Assembly (NCBI GenBank): GCA_028023455.1
Contig: JAQFVV010000003.1
Span: 19,902,001 to 19,966,000, forward strand
Direction of reading: 5' to 3'
Origin: Epiperipatus broadwayi
Taxonomy: Eukaryota > Animalia > Onychophora
DNA: 64,000 nt
The position numbers and the translations under genes are program-made. Each line of letters starts with the position of its first letter. The first letter of the stretch is position 1. Below, in pieces: positions 12,540 through 26,070 of the stretch. The notes beneath the pieces are model-generated. The model saw only the letters and a list, made by a program, of their open reading frames with translations, had not been told where the DNA came from and did not search any database.

Positions 12540-13790
12540 AGAGAAAAGCTTTAAATTATATAATTAGCAAGGTATGTCTAGCATGCTTTCGACTACTTAA
12601 CAGTCATAATCATGGCATTGACTGTGAGAAGAAATTAGTGTTTACTAGAGAATAAATCACAATAGAAAATTTGCATATTTGAATGATAAATGAATTATTT
12701 ATGTTGGCTATTTTTTTGAAAGGGGGATGCAGGAATCTTTTTTGTTAATTGTGTTTATCTTTGGCAATGTGCCAAGCCACTTTCACTTCGTGTTTGACAT
12801 CATTGTGTTCAAAATAGACGATGCTGGGAGAGAAAGGTTTGAAGATCTGGGTTAGGTTAAATCCATGCTCGTAGAAAATTGATTTTGGATCGGTATGTGT
12901 TTTGGTTTGGTTATATAAATATCTATGTTATGCAATATGGGTGGATAAATTGGCATGTGATTCCCCATAATCAACAGCATTGCAGTTAGTATAATTGTAT
13001 CTAATTTTATAAACAATTTGAGATTTCAGCTCTAAAGACAGCATATGTTTGGCGTTGTAAATTAGCTGATTTAAAATATAGCTCTTATCCAAACCAAGAA
13101 AAACTTTTATTCTAAAATTAAACACCCATCCATCAAAATGAATGACAAACCCTGGATATCACTACCTTACATTCTTGAAGCTACCCATTATATCAACAAA
13201 GTCTGTGCTGTGATGCATCAAGTTGGCCTTCACACTCCTCCTATCCTGAATCGGCTAATTAACAACACCAAAGATGTATTGCCTTTAGAATTGAAATCTC
13301 AAATCATTTACAAAATTGGATGCAGCAATACTAACTGCCATACTATTTATTATGGGAAATCATGTACTAATTTATCCACCTGTTTTGTGCAACACATATA
13401 TTTATATAACTGAGCCAAAAAACACATACTGATACATAATCAATTGTCTACGACCATGAATCTAACATAGGCCACACCTTCAAACCTACTTCCATCAGCA
13501 TCATCTGTTCTGAATGTAATGATGCCAAATACAAAGTGAAAGAGGACTGGCACAATGCTAGAGATAAACATGCAATCAACAAAAAATATTTCTGTATCTC
13601 CCATTCAAAAAAATGGTTAATATAAATAATTCATTTACTTTCAAATATGCAAATTTTATATTGTGATTTATTCTCTAATAAACACCACAATTCTTCTCAC
13701 AGTCATTGCCAAGACTATGACTATTACTGTTAGAAAGTCGAAAGCATGCTAGGCGTATCTTGTTAATTATATAATTTAAAGCTTTTCTCT
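12540..13790. mobile_element. Two Penelope-like element (GIY-YIG endonuclease + pLTR) fragments in inverted, outward-facing arrangement
   Basis: ORF 13138-13413 (+) KPWISLPY...NTKD-LP-ELKSQIIYKIGCSNTNCHTIYYGKS-TNLST and ORF 12928-13125 (-) KSQIVYKIRY...DYGESHANLST match the PLE GIY-YIG region; the outer ends 12540-12685 and 13637-13790 are reverse complements carrying GACT...AGTCGAAAGCATGCTA hammerhead-like remnants. Confidence 0.85.
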
Positions 13791-14880
13791 CAATATGGTT
13801 GTATGTACATTTTATTTATTATACGGGCTAGTAAAATATAAATCAATGATATATGGTTCTCTTCTTGTAGTTACTAGCAAGATGTTGTGGATTATTTAGT
13901 ATTATAGTTGCATTGTAAAATATAAAATACAGTAAATGAGTAACAGATACATAAAAAAAAAATGGCCATAAAAAAACAATAGATAAATCAAGCGATGAAA
14001 TACAATGATAATATAAAATCTTTTTAAGTCGATAACAAATTAAATAAATAAAAATAAATACTTTTAAATAAAATTGTTGCATGTGTAACAAATAATTGTA
14101 AAGGTCAGCTGCCTGAAAAGTTAAATCATTTTTGAGCATAATAGTTTCATTCAACTGACCATACTTCATCTCTTCCCACTCCCCAAACAACTTTTCTTAA
14201 CTGGGTAACATAAATAAATATTGATATTTAACTATTAAAAAAAAAGTAATAAAAAGAAAAGCCTTGGGTTACCAATAAAATAATAAAACATAAGAGAGAA
14301 AAATAAACTGATGTAAACAAAGTATACAAAATGATAAAACAGCTTTTTTATTAACCTGCTGTATAGCAAAGATGACTCCAACAGCTCCTCATAGAGGAAC
14401 AATAAAGAAAAAGATATTACTAATCAGGTATGCCAATTGCTATGTTATGAGAGTTTTAGCATTTTTCCCATTAAAAAACTGTTGTTTATGTCAAATAAAA
14501 AATGCTGAAAATAAACACAAACAGGAAGAATTGTAAAAGCAATGGGTGAAATAAATTGGGAAAAGTTCAGCGAAATTATAAGATTTTGGAAATCAAGGTT
14601 AGTTAATCTTTGTAATTTGTGAAACGGGAAAGCGATTAATAAATACTTCTTATACAAATATAATTTCTTTAAAGAAAAATCCTAATGTAGTAAGATATTA
14701 GTGTTTTAAAACAATTATTTTAACTTCATAATTCTGAAAAAAGATTAGTCATCTTTTTATCTGAAAAGCAGTTTAGATTTATAAAAAATAAAAAAAAAAG
14801 AATAATCAATAAAGCAAGTTATATATAGTGTGACATTGCTTTTATGAGCTTGTATTTACAAATATGTAATATATAGAGTG

Positions 14881-15295
14881 TACCAATAGCTCAAACAAGC
14901 TCTTAACTGATAAGTGTGGTAAGAGAAAATATTTAAAATCTCTATCTGGAATATTCGTATCCCCAGACCAATTGGTTTCGAGCTTATGGTTCAGCTCACT
15001 GAGGAGCTAGAACATTCAGACCCTAGATCTAAAATATCAACTCAAAACACAGCACTTATTTATATGTAACATTTAACTTAAATATTAAATATTTTAACTT
15101 AAATATTACAAATTAAATAAGTGCTATGTTTTGAGTTGATATTTTAGATCTAGTGTCTGAATGTTCTAGCTCTTCAGTGAGCTGAATCAAAAACTCGAAA
15201 CCAATTGGTCTGGGGATACGAATATTCCAGATAGAGATTTTAAATATTTTCTCTTACCACGCTTATCAATTAAAAGCTTGTTTGAGCTAATGGTA
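14881..15295. repeat. Near-perfect palindrome (about 180-bp arms, about 50-bp AT-rich spacer) of a hammerhead-family repeat
   Basis: TACCAATAGCTCAAACAAGC...CAGCACTTATT (14881-15062) mirrors AATAAGTGCTATG...GCTTGTTTGAGCTAATGGTA (15114-15295); each arm carries CTCGAAACCAATTGGTCTGGGGATA. Confidence 0.95.
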
Positions 15296-18200
15296 AAAAG
15301 AAATGAAATAAAAAAATGAAATTACAGTAGTAAGAACAATTACTGAAAGATAAATAGAAAAAAAAAAGTTTACATTTATTGAGTTTAAAAAAGCTTTTGA
15401 GAGGATGAATTTCATTATTATTATTTGGATTTAAAAAAAAAAAAAAAAACACATAAGCTTGAAGAAGAACTGGCTTCAGAAAATTTTTATATAAATAAAA
15501 AAAAAATATTTGTAAGATTAAATACTATTCCTTTTTTTTTTTGAAAAGTAGAAAAAAATTGAAATGTAAAAGACACTTATTTTTTTTATTTAGATAAATT
15601 GCTAAATGAGTTCATAGGGGAGGTAATGTATCAAATTTGCTGATGATATAAGCAAAATATTGGCAATAATTATATGAGATTCAAATAAATGAACCTTGCA
15701 ATTAACTTTGGATGAGAATAAATGCAATTAAAACTAAAGCAATAAAAATAGGTAGAGAGAATAATTTATAAAGTTAGAGCACAAGACAGTGTTTTTCAAT
15801 ATTTAGAAAAGCTTTTATTTATTTAAAAATGGAAGCAGCATTAGAGAAATTATATATAAAAAAAAGAGAGAGAGAGAGAAAATATTGGAAATTCCAGAAT
15901 GGACAACATAAACTGGAAAGTGTCAAAAAAAAAAAAAAAATTAAATGGAAAAAAAAAAAGATATATTGAAGCAATTAAAAAAAAGAAAATTGGACATATA
16001 TTTCAAAGTAGAAAAATTATAAAAGAATATGATGAAGATAATAAAAAAAGCAATAGAAGAAAAAAGTCTCTATAAATAAAAAATAAAATAAAAATACAAG
16101 TGATAAAAACGCTAGGTCTGGAATGATATTTGAGATTTGCCTTGTGGCAGATAAGCATATCCAACCATAGAGTTTCATTGTCAAATACTAATTATGAGAA
16201 AATGAATTCTGAATTTTATGACTGTTATCAACCAATGATTAATATTATAATATTGTTTTATTAAATGCTTTTCAACATTTTTAAAAAAAATTAAAATATT
16301 TTCATTTTTATTATTAATTTTTATTTCAAGAAAGGAATGATTCTCATTAACTTTTATAGTTAACTACACATAATTTAAATTCAATATATTTATATTTCTG
16401 GTAATTACAAATAAATAAGAATAATCATTTCTCTAATTTACAAATAGCCACTATCAATTTTCCTACCTTATTTTATTCTAAAGCATTTCAAAAGTCTAGT
16501 GTAATTAAAATATTTCAATAAATTATTAAATAAAATTAGCACACACACAAAATATGAATGTTTAGTTTATAAATTATAAGGGAGTTAAAATTAGATTATT
16601 CTTAATGACTTATTCTTTTTAACAAAGAAAAAGTTCACAACAATAAGAAAAATAATATAATTTGATTTTCTTTAATATACTATAATAATATTTATAAAGT
16701 CAAAATATATCTTTCAACTATATAATAAATAGTTCCCATGAAGTTTAATTAATGAGTTTATGAATATGATCATAAACAAAGAGAATATGGAAGATCTTAA
16801 AACAAAATAAAGAAATAAAAAACCAAATAAATTAAATTGATCATCTTAATTAATCACCTATTTCTTTATTATATGTTCTTTCAGATACATGGTCAAGTAT
16901 AATAGAAACATCACTTTCCAAGACTTCTGTTTTAACTACAAACTCATTTATTATATATTTGTAACCTCCATGACAGACTTTACATGCATGGCTTTTTGGT
17001 AAATGTGTATGTATTTTTTATTAATATGTATTTCTAAGATATATAAAAGTCATCTGTATAAAATATATTGAAGAAATTTAAAATAATAATAATAATTGTA
17101 AAAAATTAGTTTATGCATTTTAATCATGTTATTAAATATTTACTTTGTAATATATGAGAAATTAATAAAATGATATTAATTCTAGTAAGTAGCATGCAGT
17201 TTAAATAATTGTTTAATAGGATATTTTAAAATTAAGTAGCCTGTATTTCAGTTATCAGATAGTAATAAACTAATTCTTCCATGCAATAAAATCAACATAG
17301 CCAGCAGCAGAATGTTAAAGACAATACTGATGATTTATTCCCCAACAGTTTTTCATAAATATATTAGGAATTAATAATGACAAAAATAGAATAAACTTGG
17401 TGTAATGAACTTATTTAAATTTTTAATAGCAATTATGTTTACAAATATATTTTTATTCATATGTAAATCTGAGCTATTTATTTATTTTTTTAAAAAAAGA
17501 AGGATGGGAGAAATTTATGATAAAGATAATATAATCTTTTATTTATTTTTATCTTTTATAATATAGTTATGCAAACAAGCAGGCTGTATTTCAATTTACA
17601 AGCTTTATATTATATTTTGAGCCCCCCCCCCTTCCATGTACATATTTTTACTACAGTATAAGTATACGTTTTTTCAATATATATATCAAATTCTTTTTTA
17701 TGTGTAATTATAATACAAATTTTAAAAAATAATAATGCATTTATTAATAATAAGCTGTGGAATAGTACATTTATATATGTGTGCACTCTTTCATTCAAAT
17801 AAATAAAAATAATAAAAAATTTGTTGTATCATATCTTTTTTAAAAAATAAAATGAACAATGAAATATAGTTTTCATTATAATTAAACACAATCTAGATCA
17901 TGCCCATTTTCTTCAATGGAAATATAATAACAGACTCTCTGTCAGCAGATTATAGCCACTGTAGTTCTTTAAATGTTTTTAAGACTGTAACTACTTCAGA
18001 ATCAATACAGACCTTTCTACTTGCATTACTTATTTCAGATTCTTGGATAAATGCTTCAAACTTTTAAGTTTTCTGACACAATACAAGAATGTTTTATAAT
18101 CTTTTCTTCTGCTATTACTAATTCAATAACTTTCATTTTATTACTTAATTTTCATTTTACAAATTTTCTTAAATTTCATAAAACTTACATTTTGAAAACA

Positions 18201-18587
18201 TTTTATTATGTGAAAATTTTTGTAGGCAAAAAAAAATCAAAGAATATATATGCTCAATGTAACCCAAATAAATCTTAATTAATATCAGTTTCATATTATT
18301 TTAAATATAAAACACACCTTTTCCCCAAATTTTGAACCTGTAAAAGAGACGTGCATCATAAATTGGGAATAAAAATTTTTTTAACATCTCATTTCTGCAG
18401 ATCTTTGCTTTACACTATACATGCACATAGTATTATGATCGTTGACCTGTGTAAAATAGTATGCTAAATCTTTTTTAATAAAAAGAAAAGATTTAACATT
18501 AAATGTCAATATTTTTGGGATTAATTTTGTAAACACCTTTAATTCTATTTCAAACAGCTACTTTTAACATTATATTGCACATTTTAC

Positions 18588-18952
18588 TATTTTATTGAAA
18601 AACTGTACTGAATAACTCGCCTTCGCTGATTGTTTCTTGCTCTCTATACAAGCTAATGCCTGTCAATGATTTTGACAGTTCAGATATCTTCGTTTTAATT
18701 TCAAAATGAAAACATGTTTTAGAATCTTTTAACATTATTTTGTCGATTTTACCATTATTTTATTAAGAAAACTATACTGACTAATCATTAGAATTTTTTT
18801 ACAATTAATAAATCAATACAATAATGAGATAAGAACCTGCCTTCACTCTGGTTGTTTCTTGTTCTCTACATAAGAAAATGCCTATCAACAATTTTGATAG
18901 TTCTGATATCTTCATTTCAATTTCAAAGTGAAAACATGTTTTAGAATCTTTT
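18588..18952. repeat. Diverged local tandem duplication (two copies, roughly 140-190 bp)
   Basis: GCCTTC-CT..TTGTTTCTTG-TCTCTA...GATATCTTC-TTT-AATTTCAAA-TGAAAACATGTTTTAGAATCTTTT occurs at about 18619-18730 and 18838-18952. Confidence 0.8.
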
Positions 18953-19979
18953 TTACATATTTATAATTTTTTTCAGACAATATTTGTAAAAATATAAATT
19001 ATTTTAGAAGGATTCAGATTTTAATAAAAAAATTTACTTTTACACGAAAACAAATTGAGAAATAAATAAATGACGTATGGCTGCAATTTGTAATTGGATG
19101 ACAAAAAAAGAGAAATTTATTTTTAAAAAACTTTCATTTACTTTAATAATCTGACAAATTATTAATTTGCATTATAGAAAAGCTTTTTAATAAAAAAAGA
19201 TTTACCAGTAATATTAAATGGGAGGTGGTCATGTGAATATTAAATGTTAATACTATATTTTTAAATCTTTTTTTTTCCTTGAAAAAAAAAAAAGTTATCG
19301 AATTTATACTAAAAAAAAAGAAGAAAAACTTTGTAAAGCAACAATATACATATAATTCGAATGGGTTTTGCAGTCATGGAAAATACTTGAAGGTATTATC
19401 AAAAAAATCTTTTCTTAAAATATTGCATTAATAATGATTTAAATATCCTGAAAATGATGTAGCCTAGTGGAATAGTAAAAATAAAAATTCAAGTTTTGAA
19501 AGTGAAGACATAGAAAGAAAATATGTCTGAAGATTTGCAATAATGAAGACTTGCAATAAATTAGGTGAGATTTTTGTATTTATATTAGTTCCTATTTAAG
19601 TAAATAAAAATGTTATTTTTCAATAAAATCATTTAATTTTTTTTTTCCAATTTTCTGAGCTTAAAATCCTACTGTTTCTCAAATTTGAAGACATCTTATA
19701 TTCAAAGTAATACAGTAAATATGATCATGTATGGTTCTCTGAGATAGAAAAATGGCTACTGCTACATTGTAAAATTAAAATTACAAATTTCAATGTTTTT
19801 TATTTTTTATTTACGTACTTTTGAAAAACCGAATAATGTATAATTGAAATATTATATATTGATACAGCTCAAGTGCCACCTTCATTGTATTTCATTTTCA
19901 AAATATATTAAACATATACATATATTAGGAAAACATATTGTGTCTTAAATTCAGCAATATCGAATTAATGTATATTTTT

Positions 19980-20350
19980 TACAGACCTGCAGGTGATCAA
20001 GTAAAGAAGAAACAATTCAAAAAATTCTACTCAGAAAAAAGAAACCAAAATAAAATCCATAAGCCAATAGAATAAAATTATAACAACAAATGTGTAGCAA
20101 AGTTTAAAAATGTGAAATTCATACATGTTAAATCATATGTAAATCAACTGATGAAGATACAACTGAGTGTTTTGCTCATGGTTGTGAACATTCCCAAAAG
20201 TCTGGATCGTCTGCTAAAATATGGTAAAAATATATCATACACTGCATTCTCAAGACCTACAAATGGAATCCATATAAACTTCAAGAAATATAGAAATAAT
20301 GCAGGGGAGCACATGACTCACAGATGAAATTTTGTAGTGTATAGATAAAT
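19980..20350 (+). pseudogene. Decayed C-terminal PHD-like tail of a pogo/Tigger (DDE_1)-type transposase
   Basis: A K/R-rich stretch is followed by STDEDTTECFAHGCEHSQKSGSSAKIW...GAHDSQMKFCSV, resembling the DEDTEC..C..W..C..H..C..C tail of invertebrate DDE_1 transposases; multiple stops. Confidence 0.4.
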
Positions 20351-21580
20351 GCAGAAAAAATGAGAAACTGATCTAATTTATATCTAAGCATATAATGCTA
20401 TTATGCTTAACAATATTAACAGGGTGTTTATTGGCTATAGAAAAGCTCAATTTATGTATTGAGAATAACCGAGTAAGTTATTTTTTCTCTTTTAATTTTT
20501 TTTTTTTTTTAATAAAGGGATTTATAAAATACCTTGTATATGAATGCAGTATATACAAGATAACTAATGTTCTATTAATTATGATAGATAATAAACCATG
20601 GCCTCAGTGCCTATAGATATACATATCCTCCTTTAACTAGCAATGGTTGATCATATTTCACCATATTTAATTAACCTACAAAGATAAAATAAGAACAAAG
20701 AAAGACTAAAGCTCTAACTAATTCATAATGGGAAAGCCTGCTGAATAATGCCTTCTTCACTGTTTCTTTTTGAAAAATCAATGGAGACACTTTGTTTACC
20801 AGTTGATGATTTTAAGACTGTCTATATTTCTGGATGACTAATGATCCTGAATTTGTTTTTAAAATTCTTAGCTATCTTTTTGACACTATGCCTCCAGTAA
20901 ATTGATGCGATGAATATGGCATACTATACCACTAAATATTACACAATAAGACATTTCAGACAAAAAGAGGAGTAAATTTTTTTTTTTAAAAAAAAAAAAA
21001 CAACAACTATATTAAGTTTTAAACATTATTTCAAGAATAAATTTTTTAAAAAGAATACTAGTGATTAAGAAACAATAAAGAAAACCTTTAAACAAACAAA
21101 AAAAAAAAGTTAGCAAGATCAGAAAAAAAAAAAAAAAATTGGCAAAATCAAGTCCCAATGCACTAATCTGATTACTTTATCCAAATTTTTCAATTTTTTA
21201 CTCTACTATTCAAACATTTATCATAGCAACATATTTCATTAAAAAAATCAATTTCTTTGTCCTTTCCTTGTCTTTTACAGATTCCTACAATTTTTCTTTC
21301 ATAACCATATAATGTATAAATAGGTGTCCAATAATTTCTCAATAAATATCTTTTCTATAGCTAATCTTTAAAACTTCTACATTATTAATTTTATCTTTTC
21401 AACTAATCTTTTCCATTTCTCCAAATTCCTATCTCAAAAAATTTTAAATACTTTTACTCTTTCTTTTTTTAAAATCATCTAAGCTTCTGCTCTTAAAACA
21501 ATGTTAATTTCCAAGCAAAACATTTGACAAACCATTTTTTTTAATTTTAACTTCAATGGTTCTCAGTCAAATATATATAT

Positions 21581-22680
21581 TGTAACAGTAAGATTTGTAC
21601 ATCCATACAACAAATCCAGAGTATAGGTAAAACACACTAAAACTGACCGAATCTAGATGGTGAGAAACGGAGTTCGACCAACCCTCAATCCATTCATCCA
21701 TACTCCATGATTCAATACCCTATGAATGACATTTCTTAAGTTACATCATGAGTTTCAATTTAATCGTGGGCCAGCATAGCACAGGGTGGAACAAGAGACT
21801 AGAGAATTGACATAAGGGTTAAATAAACCCATAATATATTTATCAATAACCAAGTCTAATATAAAAATGATGTACATATCAGTATGGAATTGAATGTAAC
21901 TTGATCTACAAGCAATAAAGAATGGAAACAAGTTTATATTTTAAATAATAATTTAATTAATTAATAAAATAAATAAAATAAAACACACAATAATCACATA
22001 ATTAGTACGTGGAATATTATACTCGCAGGCATTATATAGTTAATGAGATTAACAGTTACATATTCTTTCATTACATATGTTTAACAAAATAATCTGCGGT
22101 GATCATATTTATGCCTATATTAATATGCCAAACCCTAGTGAACTTGCAGCTTCCTAAATCATAAGGAACTTATTAGCCACAGTTATAACTAAACCTACAG
22201 GCTTCTATGGCATCTATCTATATATAACAGTTTAGAAGGTGAGCACATAATCAGGCTCAAAGATATGCCAGTTAGCATCATAATCTAGATTGGGGTTCAG
22301 CCTAATACTGAATAATCATTTAATACAAGGGAGAGAGAACTAGCTTACCCTAGGTCTACTTACACATGCTATGGCACATATTAAAATATTAATAAAGATA
22401 ATTACGATGTGAGTGGGTCATTATTCTCGGGTTTCAGCATCGAATGTTCAGGTGCCCTAGAACCGAACGACTTGCCATGAATATAAGAATATTAATAGTT
22501 CAGGGAGTCAGATAAGCTTTTAACAAACAAGCTGGACCCTTATGTTCCAGTTCTAAAATATAACTTTATCCGAACTGAATGGATGGGCATGGCCTCTGCC
22601 AGTGACTCATAAGAAAACATGCAGTAAGCAATTAATGTATTTTGTAATTTAATATGATGCAATATTTGGTTATGTTCACA
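21581..22680 (+). mobile_element. Non-coding LTR-like element inserted in an (AT)n run
   Basis: ATATATATAT|TGTAACAGTAAGATTTG...; the first 60 bp resemble the copies at 35940 and 45848; candidate end GTTCACA near 22680; no ORF; TSD not confirmed. Confidence 0.45.
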
Positions 22681-23089
22681 TAATTATAGTATAAATGGCC
22701 TTGATTTTATACCTACCTCTTCCACTGGTCATCTTTCACTATTTAAACAAATGGCTTAAATTTTCAAATAATTTATAGCTGTGAACTGCTCATATAGTCA
22801 AATAAGTAAATATCATTAGGCCAATAATTACAGTTATAATCTAACTGGTTTTTTTTTTTTTTAACCTTTGGTTGAAAGAACTGTAAATTAATTCTAAGAA
22901 CTATGACTATTTCAGTTTCCACTTAATTAGATAGTAGTAGCAAATGATTAATTCAGTGTTTATATTATTTGAGGTTCTAGAATAATAATAAAAAAGAACA
23001 AATTCCACTACTTTCTGATTAAATATATATAGATACATATCATGTGATGCTTAGAATAAGTATTTATAATGTGTACTAAAAAAAAAATT

Positions 23090-25197
23090 GGTTCTAGTAA
23101 ACTATTCACTGTACAGCCTGTGTTGGCGCTGTTTCTGTGTAAAAACACAGAATTATACCGCTTCCGTGGCTCTGTACAGCCTGTGTTGGCACTGTTCCTG
23201 TGTAAAAACACAGAATTATACTGCTTTCGTGGCCGAACCTACGGCTAATATACAAGTGATCATTAATATACGAGTAGATCATATGTAGTGGTTATAATAC
23301 GTGGCCAATTCTTCCGCGTTCAATAACACTACGTCTACTAACAATACTATGATCGTATAGTTTGCCGTTGATTTCATTGCGGATTGAATTCCTATGCATA
23401 TTGACAGAATTTGTATTGTTGCTAGAATTTAAGATGAGAGTGTGAGCATTGTCATCTTTTTCAAGTGTTTATTTGTTGATGTTTATGATTTTCTGTATTT
23501 CCCAACTGAAAGATTTTTTCATACTAGTAATTTTCAGCATATTATTGATATTTGTCAAAAATTTTTTTCTTTTGGCTAATTTTGGCTTTTTTGGGGGTCA
23601 AAAAAGACAAAAAATTTCTCAAGCTCTCTGGCAGATGATTGGAGTTGTTTGCGGAAAAATACTGTTTCGGTCATGACTCGGAAGACAGTTGAAAAAGAAG
23701 AACAAAATGTCTACCACGTTATTATATTTGTGGGACGTCCCAAACAGAGAAAGTGAGGCAGTTGCGTTTTTGCAAGCCCAAAACATCCTGCCATTCATTA
23801 CAGTTGATTTAGTTCAGTCATATGTGGTTAATAAATTTATTTTCTGGAAATAATATGTATTTTGTTTGCAATTATTTTTATATGTAAATCATGTAATTAA
23901 CACCCAGAATGACAGTGTTAAAAAGGGGCGGCGTAGTTTGTTGGACATCTCTTGATTGATTGATTGAATTTTTTTTATTAAAAAAAAAATACTTCTTCTT
24001 TTGACATACCTATTCGTTCCATTTACAAGCAAAAAGAGGTTTTTTGTTGTTGTTGTTTTAAATCAATAAACAGCACGTTAAGTAGATTTTAAAAATGAAC
24101 CCGAGCTAATTTTTGTTGTTAAAAAAGAATAAAAATACCGGACGTTTTATTTGTTATGAAAACAAAAAATCTTTAACAAACTTGTACGACTCTTCAAAAA
24201 GATAAATAAATAAATCCACAGAATGTAACAAAACTGGTTAACATACATATTTTATGTGTTAAAAAAATAATACTGCGATTGACTTTTTGGTTTTTGTTTT
24301 TGGCGTTTTATTTGTTATTATTAAAAAAAAGCAAAAAAAATCAAAACCCGCCGCCAAAAAAAAACCCCCTTTTTTTATAAATCTAAAAGAAAAAAGAAGT
24401 CCCGTTTTATTTATTATTATTAAAAAGCAAACAAAAAATCAAAACCCCGTTTTATTTGTTATTATTAAAAAAAACAAAAAAATCAAAACACGCCGCCTAA
24501 CCCCCCCCCCGTATTTATAAATGTAAGATAAAATACCAAAAAATTCTTTTCGTTTATAAGCAAATACGAACATCTGAGGCGGAGTTTGTCGGACAGGTTT
24601 GAATGATTTTTGCTAAATCAATCAACAGCAAACCCCCTCATTTTTAACATAATTCAAAAAGAAAGTGTCGATTCTAATTTTAAATAACAACAACAACAAA
24701 AAAAAAGAAAGTCGTATATGTAAAGCAAATTGTGTATATCTGAGATATTCCAAAAAAAAAGTTAAAACTGTCCCTTATACTTTGAAATGTATCGAATCCA
24801 AAACAAAAAAAAAGATGTCTGTAAAAAAGAAACAGTAGATTTAGAATGGGACCCCCCCTCCTCCCAATAAAGGCGTATGTCAAAAATTATGTACTTTTGA
24901 GATCCAAAAAAAAGGTCAAACTGTCTATTATAGTTTTAAATTTATCAAATGAAAACCAAAAAAAAAAAGAATTATGTCCAAAACAAACAACAACAATATA
25001 TTAAATATTAAAAAAAAAAATAATTATGTCCAAAACAAACAATATATTAAATATTAAAAAAAAAAAAATTACAGCCGTATGTCAAAATACGATCTATTAG
25101 ATAAAAAAAATCTAGCGGCCCGGTAATGTTATAACGCTCTGTTTTTAACTAGAAACAGCGCCACCAAAGACTGCACAGTTAATAGTTTACTAGAACC
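23090..25197 (+). mobile_element. Merlin (IS1016/ISXO2-like) DNA transposon, non-autonomous deletion derivative
   Basis: About 47-bp TIRs: left GGTTCTAGTAAACTATTCACTGTACAGCCTGTGTTGGCGCTGTTTCT, right reverse complement GGTTCTAGTAAACTATTAACTGTGCAGTCTTTGGTGGCGCTGTTTCT; 8-bp TSD AAAAAATT (23082-23089, 25198-25205); about 62-bp subterminal tandem repeat; a short ORF at 23707 begins MSTTLLYLWDVPNRESEAVAFLQAQNILP, like the N-terminus of invertebrate ISXO2-like transposases. Confidence 0.8.
24280..24500. repeat. Internal AT-rich tandem repeat within the Merlin element
   Basis: TTTTATTTGTTATTATTAAAAAAA-CAAAAAAATCAAAAC(C/A)CG repeated about three times; explains spurious ORF 24287-24520. Confidence 0.75.
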
Positions 25198-26070
25198 AAA
25201 AAATTTATGACTGCTAGATAAAGCCTTTGTTATGATGTTTGCAGTGATGAATATAACTTTTTTTGGATACACAATATATATGTGATGTAAATATTCAGTG
25301 CAGAAACATGAAAAAAGTTAGTTTCTTTTAAATATTTTCTTTATAGGAAAACTTTTACTCCTTCTGTAAATTTTCTTAAAAACCTCAGTATGAGTGTTGT
25401 TAAATTAAAAAATACACACAGATTTCCATCGCTATGTTAAACAGAGATGTCATATCTTAGTTATAGAGATATTTATAATGATTTTTATTTTGTGAACAAT
25501 CAAGTAACAAGTTATTTGATCTGATTTTAACTGGAAAAGTGAGAAATCAGTTGAAATGAAAATTAAAAAAATAGAAAAGTTTTCATCATTTAATTTTATG
25601 CATATTTATTGGCTATGATAATACTGCTAAATTATGAATAACTTGGAAAAGATTATTATAATCATCTCCATTTTACTGTTAACTATTATTGCTATAGGAA
25701 GATATAAAGATGTTACTAATCTGCACAATTACAAATTTACATTGATATGTTAAATATTAATTAATACTTTCAAAATTGGACTTAATTCACACCCAAATGG
25801 ATTTGCAAAATATACATATCAATTACAAAATTTCAATCATAATACATAACACAACGATAGAATTACATAATAGTAACATTGAGTATTTCTATTATATTTT
25901 TTAAATTAGTTTTCTCTGTTAATAACATATTATATTCAGTTTTCCCTCTATAGGTCATATCAATTGTCTAGATTAAATTTTATTATAAACCATTCAATTA
26001 AATTCTGATCCATATAATCTTCCTGAAGACTAAATCATAGATGTAACCTATTTGTTACATCTGAGTAACT

